From: Lingula anatina
Lineage: Eukaryota > Animalia > Brachiopoda
Direction of reading: 5' to 3'
DNA length: 64,000 nucleotides
Assembly (NCBI GenBank): GCA_051362555.1
Contig: CM120645.1
Location: 1,798,001-1,862,000 of the forward strand
Made by a program: the position numbers and the translations under genes. Shown here piece after piece: positions 51,001-62,463 of this stretch; the first letter of the stretch is position 1, and every line of letters begins with the position of its first letter. The notes below the pieces were generated by a model that was not told the origin of the DNA, made no database searches, and saw only the letters and a program-made list of their open reading frames with translations.

Positions 51001-54000
51001 TGAAAAATGTGGAATTTTTGCTTTGGGCACAGGTCAAGTATGTAGGGTTAACATCTTCTGTCATACGCCAACAATGAAAGACTTGATTTAAGTTTTAATG
51101 AATGGAATTAAATTATTTACCAATATCTTTTACAGGCCTGCTATCTGATCTATTCAGTATTCAGATCAAACACATGACTTTTGTTAGCTATACATAATAA
51201 GAAAGATGATCCCAAGGAAAAAAAATGTGGCCTCCACAAAAGCAACAGTCACAGAGTAACTAATCAAACAGGTTTAATTTTCATTTTATTGACACTATAA
51301 ATGAGCTAATGGACAAAAAAATTGCCTCCACCCCTGTGTACCAGGTTTTCAACTCCTCTGCGCAAATTCTGTGCATATTTTTCTTTGTTTTCTATTGTTA
51401 AAAATATAAAAAATTGTAAAACTACACCTTGTAAGAACTTTATTATAGGCAAACTTCTTCTAAAGCCGTCTTTCATTTAAATACACTTTATATTAAACTG
51501 TCAACAATTACAAGCAGGCAAAAAATTTTTGTCTTTGGAAAAAAACTTATCACAGCCACTGAAAAAATTAATAATATGCTAGCATGTGTCTGGGGCTTTA
51601 AGGCACTGTATCTAAGCCTCCCCCCTTAACATGCCCCTGCCTTGTGTCATATCAACAGGTAAACAGGCTGGTCCCACCCATTAAATACAATAAAGCCTCA
51701 ATCAATAAGAATGGAGGCTTAGTGTTGATCTAAAGGTTGAACAGAATTCCTCAAGCGTTTCTGCCCATTATAAAACCTGGTCACACTATGAAGTTATACA
51801 CAGGCTTACAGCGGAGAAAAACTGCTGTTATTATCACAAACATAGAGTTATAATTTAGATCACAGGGCAGAGATGGTGTGTGTTTGAGACAGCAAGTGGG
51901 GTTTATTTGGTCCAAGGTCGGTGACATATTTCAGACTATGAAGAGGACTGGAATTCTTTGTACTGCCCACGGTGCAGCATAATCTCAAAACTGGACCAGC
52001 TAGCATAACAGAGAGCGACGATGATGCATGCGCAGCCCACGGCAAAACTACTCACTGACACCTTGGAAATGATTTTTTTTATGTGAGGCACAATGAAGTG
52101 ACAGCGACATTTTTATATGACATAGGCGCCAGTGGATTTTAACAGCTGGAACTAAACAGGTCACATTGTATGGATATTCAGGTGAGAATATTGACTATAG
52201 GATTACGCACAGGGTCAATATTTTTGGTGCCAATAAACAAATTTGCTTGCTTTTGCCTAAACTGGTAAACCCAGTCAGCCACTGAGTCATCAAGGCTGAG
52301 GGCTGCAGCCACAACTTGACTATATTTCAACTGATGAAGGAGCTGTCTTAACAAGTAAACTACAGTCCCTTGAACGGAATCTAGGAGGGCGTAAACTAAA
52401 TGGATTAGGTAACAAGTGGGCATCACAGACGGGGGAAACAGGTACATATATTTAGTGACCTCAGTTTGTGTGCTTACCTGTCCAAACAGTAGACTAGAGA
52501 AAGTACACAGGAATTATATATTATTAACACTGATGCCCTTAAGCTGGACAAAATACTTGCTACATTGCTATAATATGGATACTGGGATATACTTGGACGT
52601 GTGAAGACAGCAATCCACGACAAGAGAAAAATTTGCAAGTTTCGTCATCTCCTTTGGAAAGCTGTAACTTTCATTTTACCTGAACGTACTGCATGCTCAA
52701 ATGCTCGTCAAATTCACAAGAGACAACTGCAACAGAGGACTTATCATATCACCAATGAAAACAGCCTTACATTAATCTGGCATACCAGCATATGTGCTGC
52801 AGAACAACACATTGATAGCAATTCTCCCAGTTTATGCGTTAGACATCGAATCTTCAATGGCCAGTCAAAGGAAATCAGTGTCCAGCATCTTCCTGGACTG
52901 GTCAGAGGAAGAGTCCGAGGACGGCAGCAGCATCGCTTCGTCCGTCTCATCCAACGGCCCCATGAGGCTCCTCAGCTGCGGCCACGCACTGAACGAAGAC
53001 AGCATTCAGAGGTTAAAGAGCAAGAAACACTGGTCAAAAGTGACCTGTCCTGTCTGTCAGTCAGAGACAACCATCCAGGGACAAGACGTGAATAAATCAC
53101 CTCTAGATATCAACAATACTAACTTATATCGTATGGTGCGGGATGATAATATTTCATATCGTAATCACTTGGTATTGCAAATGGCGCAGGAAGCAGAGGA
53201 GGGGGTTACGCTAAAGAAAGACGTGGACTTAAATGACCCTTCTTCTTGGTGTACCTGCAGGCAAAAACAAGAGGTGCAACATTACTGCGAGGACTGCCAT
53301 AATTTCATCTGTGATAGGTGTTCTAAATTGGAGCACTTGTGGCATCGGGTCACAAGTCTCAAGGCCATGTCTGAGCCACAGAGATCCAAAATCGGCTGCG
53401 GCTTAAATACCTTGGAGGAATATGTGAAAGAGTTAGTGTACATCCAAGAACAGTTAGGTCTACACGAACGCAACAGCAATAAAACTTACGAGGACACAAA
53501 AGCACTAATTCTACGCCAGGGCGAGACAGTGAAGCAATTGGTCGATCAAACATGTCAGGATCTCATTGGAGAAGTTGACAAAATAAAGCAGGAGAATGAG
53601 AAGATCATCCATGAGAAAAAACTTGAAATTCATAAGAAGTTGGGTGAATTAGGAAATCAAAAAGAACGAGCGAATAAAGTTCTCCTGGGTGGCACAGACA
53701 AAGCTGTGCTGGAAGAGGCCAAATCTTTAAACAAAATTCTTGACAACTTCGATCTTCTTTCTCCACCAGCATACAAATTCAGGATCAACTACATCAGGCC
53801 TGAGGTCTGTCTTGAAGACATGAGCCCTCTATTGGGCAGACTGAAGCTCATTAAGATCGAATGGGGTGGCAAGGTCGACAATCTGCGCAAAGAGGGCTAC
53901 CACAAGGAGATATGGAGTCACACAAATGTCACGCCCCTTAAAATAACAGAACGGCCACTACCCACCTTACCCCCAGATGCCAACAGGGTGGGGTCAAGGT

Positions 54001-57000
54001 CAGATACAAGATTTCGGGCCACTCCCCCTTCCCCGACCAGCCCAACAGCCAATAATATGGTTAAACACTTGAGAATACCACATGAACGGATATACGACAC
54101 AATTCCCGACTCTGGTGAATACCTGATGCCGTCACCGCTGAGGAAGCTGCAGGGAGGGTCAGCACCACAACTGACAGCGGGCAATTCAAGTCCAGAAATC
54201 CCAGAAACCCCAGAGAGGGTAAAAAGGTCGCCATGGGTGAACGTGCTTAAAAGGACATCTGAAATTTCTCTGCCTGATATACTGACTTCTACAGACTCTA
54301 CAGCCTGAGAGTAAAATTATCCCACCCCCTATTTCAGCTTTCTGTACCCTTAATGTGAAAAGAGATGTGTACAGTTTGCTATCCATACATTCTTATTGTA
54401 AGACACATTTCCATTTGGGCCAACTTAAATCAGAAAGATTTTGTTTGGCGTCATTTCTGATTAAACTGTGCTTTGTTATCAAAGTTAGCCAGGCCTCATG
54501 CTCAGTGGTGATAAAGGTGACAGACAAGAGAACAGAAAGCCTCACCACTTTTTTCAAGATTACAATTCCTTTATTTAACTTAAGGATTTATGAGAGGTGC
54601 TGACCCAACCTGTACATAAACAAACCTTCAGACTCTATAGCAGCTTGATAGCTGAGGGCAATAAGACTTAATACTGTGTTGGTTTCCATAATGATTCAGA
54701 TTTAAAATTTACTGTGATATGAATGCATTATTTCATTTAACCATATAAAGAAAAAATACTGATTGTTTTTATTTACACAATGCTGGCAAGCTACATGTAG
54801 GGATGATCTACAAATGATTCCACATCACAGCTTTGAAAAACTGATATATATGTACTACTTATATATGTATTTCACATGATGAAATAATAGTAATTCTGTA
54901 CATGATAAAAAAGGAGAAGGGTAGGTGTTTAAATGTGCTTGCCTAATATTAAGTATATCCTGTGCAGACATTAATTTGCTCTTATGGGGTTATTAATCAG
55001 CTAGATTTATTTTTATACTATTGTGTGCTTACTTTTAGTCAAAATGCACACAATTTTACATGATATTTTTTATCATTTTGAGTCATAGTTGTGCAATTTA
55101 AGGAATTCACATTAAAAATTCAGACAGCACCAATGGCTCCTGCACTCAGCTTAACATTTTCTTTTATCAAAATTAACAAAATAAATAAATGAATAAAAAA
55201 AGAGCGTCTTAAATGCTGCGAAGAGAAAATTGTATGTGAAGATGGCCAGGTGACTGGTTTTTAAATTCAGAAAAAAAGTTGCTTTGATATTGAAAAGTGC
55301 CTTAGTAATGCTGTCAGGTGGGATGAAAAACTGTCAACTTAGAAAACTGACTCCACCCTGGAACTCCTTAACAAAAAAAGCTCACATTGAATCTTGGTCT
55401 AAGCTTAATATAAACTTAAAAACTGGTTATATCGGAAGTTCAGAATTAAGTGAATGATTTCCAAAGAGACTAAATGTGTGTTCTACCCATTAGGTAAGAT
55501 GTTTTAACCCCATCTCTGTTTACTTTTTTTCAATAATCACACAAAAGTCAAAAATTAATAAATGAGAAAATATCATATCAATGAAATCTGCAGTTGGTCA
55601 CTAAAAGAAATGACCCATGGATTTGAAGGATTTTCTTTATCCAATTAACTAAGTCTGATATTCTTGCCTCAGTGGTCTTACTATTACAACCAGTGCAATT
55701 ACTACTATAACATTTTTTGACATAAAAGTCACAATGCAAGTACTCTTAATGTGACAAGGTAATTTTGTGATGATGTATGACTCTCAATTGGAAGCCAATT
55801 TATGAGGTTTAAAAGCTGTCAGACCAGTTTTAAATGCAATTTGAAAGCATTTTTTTTTATCTGTGGCAAAATAAGCTCCCTGACTCATGAAAGCAGAGAG
55901 AAGAAACTTTTCAAGCACATGTCAGATTAGAGAGTTATCATTATTTTTTTATTCTTACTTGCCATCTAACTGTTTATGTTGTGAGACAGAACATGTTATC
56001 AATTAAAGAATAAATCAAATGACATATCATCACTTGGGGAAGCATGATTTGTTATAATAACCTACAAATTAATGTGGTAACAGTTAAATAAGGGATGAAC
56101 TGCTACTGTTGCTGCTACTACAGTCCGATGCTCAAGAACCTTTCTCAACACTCCGTTATCTTCCATGCCATCAGTACTCAATGTAATTTAGTTTTATCAG
56201 TTAATGTAATAAGATAAGTCACTGCACCAGCATCAAACATAGACATTCATGCAAAATTTTTTTTTAATCAAAAATTGATAATTAGTAATGTAACTATTCT
56301 ACAATATACATGCAGAGACCTCTGTCCACTTACCTTGACCAGGACATTGACCGCCTGAAGAACGCCCTCTTGTAAGGGAGTCATGTTCATGTCCATGTTA
56401 GTGGGCAGTATGAAGGAGAAAGCCTCGCCAGCCACGGGGACGCTCAGTGCACTCTTCAACACAGCCGTCAACTTCTGCAAATCTGCACAGCCAAACCGGG
56501 ACCTGATGTGCTCAAAAAGACCAGGAAATATCTGAACTAAGGCAGTGAGGAATGGTTGCGCTGGTAGGTATGGATTTGTATCATTACTTGAGCTAGAAGG
56601 AGGCTGCGTTGAGGTTGTTCCGATGCTCAACCATACCCTCCATGCATTAGACCACAGTGCTATATCCAAGCCAGGGTCTGTCTTAACTTTTGTTTCACTG
56701 CTACTCAATTGTCCTCCTTTGCTGTCTGTTCCATTCTTGATAGCATCACCAGCTGACTTTGAATCCTCACCATTTTGTAAAACTTCTTGGAGACTTTTCA
56801 GCGCTGCTAGAGCGACTTCTGCATTGTGGCAAAGTGCTGCACTCTCTATGAATTCTAGCAACAATGCCCAAGCTCTAGGAAAATCACCTAAAATAAATAA
56901 ATAAATAACTGGAGGAAAACAGTAGTGTAATGATCTCCTATAGACACTCAAGTGCCACTTTTCATAAATTTTTTCTTTACAAAAGTGATGTTTTTATTCA

Positions 57001-60000
57001 ACTTTCTAGGCGTAAGCTAATATCTCTAAATATCTATAAAAAGTTGTTTTAAAAGGTGCTAAAAGAGTAAAAAAAGCATTACCATCAATAACATTATGAC
57101 TGTTTTTAATGCAGGTAAATCCATTTTTTGCAACTGCCTGTGTGATAAAGTGAACATTACATATTAAATAAAGCTTATTTGAATTTAAACAAATTGAAGA
57201 ACTGAACAAGTCAGGTCCATGACATCCATTTACCAGCTGTTAACATAGGAAACAAACTACGAAATATAGCTCGTACACACGAGACAGAAAACAAATGTAT
57301 AAAATAATCTGTATCATACTTAAAGCATGCTGCAGCACGCGTCTCTTGCCACTGACCACCCTGGCCACCCCCGCCAGCGCCATCACCCGCGTCTCCGCCC
57401 ACTGCTTCTCCGCTGTGTCCCTGGAGTGGTGGATCAGGATATTTCCCGTGGCATCATTCGATTGCTTCACACTGGACGCTGTCTTGGAGAACTTCTGTAC
57501 TTTGTCCAGCAGTGGGAATAAAACCTGGGGAGAGTTTATATAGAGAAAAGATTCTGTTCAGACTGGGCCACTCTAGACTGAGTATAGGTCTAAGTTGCAT
57601 TTTTTGATGAACAATATTGGACTGATTTCCAGTTTACAGTAGGTTTAATCTGGATAAAGTTTATTTTATCATTTGATTTTCTTTTATATGGAGAGGGGGT
57701 AGTTATATACATAGAGACCTTGCAATGCAATTCTTTTTTCTTTTTTTGATAAGCATCTTTGTATCTTTGTATGTTTGTATAGCCTGGGATAAAAGTGGAC
57801 TTTAAAAAAATTTTTGACCAGAAAATGTGACTATATGAAGGGTCCTAAAGGCCAAAATATAACATCAAAATGTCTGGATTTCCACACAAATCAGGAAAAC
57901 TTTCATCTGTACATAACTCTTTGAATTTTTCATCATAAATAAAACCAGTCCTCCACATCTCGTACCTGCCATAACACCGCCTGCCATGTCGTCTGCTGTA
58001 AAAGATCTCCATGTGCCCCGATGGTAGAGAACAATGTCTGACTGCTGCTCTTCCTGACAGCAGGACGGTGGTCTACACACAGCTCTCCAAGCTTTGAAAA
58101 CAGACACATCCACAGCGCATCAAAGGGCTCCACTGCGTGACTGGACGCCACTGCTGGTGGCTCCACCTTCAGGTCATATTTAATTTTTTCGCGGTTTTGA
58201 AAGAAGAAGTCTGATATGTTCCACTGAAAAGTATAAGATAAGTATTAAATTTTAATATGCTGCTGAAAAAACTTTCCATTTAATTACTCTGAAAATGATG
58301 GTTGTCATTTCTTCACCTTGAAAAAAAACCATCTAGTTATTCTTCACTCAAAGGGAGCTTTAGATAAGAATGCCACAACATACATGGCTATAAATATGTC
58401 CATAATGTCATACATACAAAATGATTATCTGGGTAATCTTTTGTGCATTTTTTAGTATAAGTTTCTATTTGAATCAGTATGCCTTATCCTATTTTCCTTA
58501 AACTAGACTGCCTACCAATAATCCCACAGATGTGAGGCTGATGTTCAACTCCTGGTTTTGAAGACCAAATCTTCCTGCGACATCCACGACCACCTGAAGA
58601 CAGGAAGAGGGCATGATGGGAAGGAAGTCTGTGATGACGAGCTGCAGACTTTGGAATGCTGTCCGTATCAGGTTTTCTCTGGAAAATGAAATGGATAGTA
58701 ATTAAGCATAAGATGTCAACAAACAATGACAAGGCATTATAAAGGGGGTCTTATTTGATACAAAGTAACACTTTCTTACATCTATAGTAACATTTTTACA
58801 GATATTTCTCTTAATTTATAAAATTTATTCTTCCATATCAAAAAAAAAAAAAAAAGGAATTTTGGAATAAAACACTTCACCAAGGGAAATAAAACACTTC
58901 AACTGACGGCAAATAAAGAAACCTCCAACATCCGTAATCTTGGTCTGTGTGAGTTTGCATCTGTTCTATTAACACTTAGGCACATGCACATTCAAACAAA
59001 CTCACAAGCCCATATGCACACCTGCACGCACATACTCACACACTTTGTCATTTATTTTATAATATCATTCAGCTTCTTTACCCCTGATCATTAGAGACAG
59101 CTCCTATCACCCCGAGGACACAGGGCCAGCCTGGGCCCAGGGAGTCCCCATTATTGTGTAGTATCTGGAGCACACACTCTAGCTGTTTCTGTCTGATGTC
59201 AGGGTGTGGAATACTAGACAGCTCCTGGAGGGGGGACAGCAGCATGGACTGCAGTCTCTGCAGTGGACAGAATATTAAAATTAAATAAAATTTAATAATA
59301 ATAATAGGAAGAAGAAGAAGAAGAAAAAGAACAAGAAGAAGAAAAAGAACAAGAAGAAGAAATTATGGATTGAAAAAAGAAACAAATCAACTAAAATGTT
59401 GAAAAGATCATAGCAGACTACAAGTTCAGGATGAAAGAGAAAAATGTCTCAAATACCAAATATGATATAATGACCTACAGTTTCTGGGAAAATAGTTCAC
59501 TGACATTTTAAAAATCAAAATGTTAATCAATAAATATGTAAATCAATAGAACAGTGCCGTGTTTGCCTCCTGTTCAAGGCAATATGGGATGTAAAAATCC
59601 ATACTTGTACACAGATGAAAAAAATCAATTTTTTCAAAAGATGTATTACATGTAAAAAGCACTTTCTTTTTTTAAAGTGTTACTACCCCAGTGAATGCAA
59701 CAAATTCTAAAATAAAAATTCCCAAGAGTCATACATTTGTAGCTCCTACAAACTGTTCTCACTTGACAATGCTTTAGATGTACTCTCATACCTCAGATGC
59801 CAGTCAGCAACAATAACACAATCACCTCAGTTGCGTTAGGTGAGACTCACACTGGTGTGACACAACCAGAGTCCATCAATTTGTCTGCAGCTTCACTTTA
59901 ATTTTCTACCAAATATGAGAGCATGGCCATCACTGTAGGCTTCATTACAGAACCCATTGTAACCTTTATCTTATTTGACACTTGTTCATATTAGCAGAGA

Positions 60001-62410
60001 ATTACTGATATCTCTGTCCTATAATCTATTTCATGGCAAAAAAGCAAAAGATGAAAAAGGTTTGAACTTGATTGATTGGCTCTGTTGAAAGTTGTCTATG
60101 ATACTGAAGATTTCAAGCCCGCTGTGTGAGAAAACCACTCCCAAAGTGAACTTGTCTGCAACTTCATCCATCATTCTAAATATCATCAGTGATTTCTCTA
60201 TTTTTTTTCAGAAAGAGCAACTTAGAGGGATCATAAAATGGAAAAGGAAAGAGTTGCTGAAAATTGAACGGCATGCAATGACACTTAAATAAGTACGGAC
60301 GTTTGTATCTAGATTTGTCTTTTAGTAAACACAATGGTTGTTGCATTCAACATTTTTTTTCTTGCAACAACCTGCAAACAATTTCTTGCAAACTGTTTAG
60401 TTTGCATCAAATTTGTGGAAAACTTTCATTTTGCTGAGGGTGGCCACCTGCTGTGAACTCTCTGCAAAGTCTGATATAAACTTCAGCTTTTCTGCAGTGT
60501 TGCTAAATTTGCACCATTCACTGGGCACATGATGTCCTTGTGTGAAATGACTTCAATATTCAGATTCTTAAGGCTTGCTGATATTCTCTTGTGGTAAGAC
60601 TTGTAACAAAAGTGGGACAAGAATTTGGCTTCTGTGTTGTGTCCTACCATTTTACAAGAGATCTTCAGTGGAAATATGGTAAAAACTCCAAGATCACAAG
60701 TCTTAGCATACTTTGCTCAATGAAAAAACCTGTTTGTAGTTGGACCATCATCTCCCCCAAAAAAGGTTATTAGACTGAAAATTGCTTTTATTTCAGTGGA
60801 CTATACTTCTACTTCCATGGACTATACTTCTCAGTATTAGTTATCCCACACATGTTATACTTTAATAAGTACTCTTAAGTTTCCAAACTTTAAGTTCTGA
60901 ACTTTTTTATCTAAAATTCTTAGGGAAACTGGATGCTGGTCAAACTGGTCAATATAACTGGTCAGTATACGTGGATAGCTCATAACAAGCCTACTGCTCT
61001 TTTCTTCCTACTAAACAGTCCTCAAATATAAACCCAGTTTTTGTTTTAAATTCAGAAATATGTCTATAAGACCCCATACAGTATGCCTTCCTGTAAACAT
61101 GGCTGCGATGCACTCTGTCAACTCTGGGCGCATTTAGAACCAGTTGATCCGCAGACTTACCACACCGCAGATCAAAAATGGCACGCACTTGACAATGAAT
61201 TCCTGCTTCCCACTTGTGTCATCCCAGCAGGGGGCAGAGCAATTATATCCCGGCATCCTTTCAAGTGGGTCACGCCGTATTTGACCTGGGGATCAGTTAG
61301 TCCTAGGATCAAGTGGTTGAGAATGCTCTCTCTCGGATGTCTGTAATGGGTTTCTTTTAAATCAAAGAAAGTGGAAATAAAACTCCAGGCAGACTGACTT
61401 CTACTTATGATCTCTAAGTGAGAAAATTAAGGAAACAATTCATCAGATTTTTGTAACCGTAACTTTCCCTATTATCTTTGCGAAATAGATTAATGTTCCA
61501 AAAACCTATTCCATGTAATCATTGTATTGCTTTTTTCCCTAGGTATGGTAAAAAAACTGCCAGTAAAAGCTTTACCACCTGAAAAGTAAATAAAAAGCCA
61601 TCATTTTTTCCCCAGATGCTCTCTGGGTTTCTGGGCGGGGGAATATCTGTTAAGGTCAGACTGATAATTCTAGAGCAGCTGAGGTGACTTATTACAATCC
61701 TTAATCTGTTCTGTTCCAGACACGGGTAATTCGGCCGACATTTATGCATGATTCCCCATCAATACATTATCTCCAAAATGACTGACCACAGTCAGTTAAT
61801 ATATCAATCAACCAGCATTAGAGTAAATAAATACTCATAATAATTTTAGGATAAGACAAACAAACAAACAAATAAAAATAAAATAAAATAAAATAAATAA
61901 AAATCGTATAATATAAAACTATGTGAGCGAGATTTCCAGCAATAAAAACTGTCTGGGGAGAATATAACATGTCTGGCAGCATTCATTAATCTATCAATTT
62001 TCTATCCTTTGAATGTAGGAGTGTGTCACAATTAAAAGGCAATATTCTCATTTAGTGCTTCATTCTCTTATCCAACAGAGTGATAGCAGACTTCATTTCT
62101 GGCCGAGGGGCTCAGTCAATGCTAAAATCAAGATGCATTTTTCGCAATTGAAAACATTTTTTTTTTCATGTGCTAGTGTGATTATTTCTGATCAGCATCA
62201 ATCTTATTATCTCCATCAAATTATATCTGAATGAATTAATCAAAAAAAGAATAGGCTGTATTTGAACAATAAATCATTCTCATCATTTCAGTTGCAACAA
62301 TTTCAGGGACACCAAAATGTTCAAATCTATTATTGATCAGTTTAATCATAAAAAGGACGGAAATGAAAACATGACAATTTGTTTAGAGCTGACAAAACCA
62401 AAAAATAAAA

Positions 62411-62463
<53 letters not shown>

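Noticed and set aside
52601-53095. 164-aa ORF overlapping the second TRIM gene
   Set aside because: GTG start, alternative frame of a real CDS, no recognisable domain
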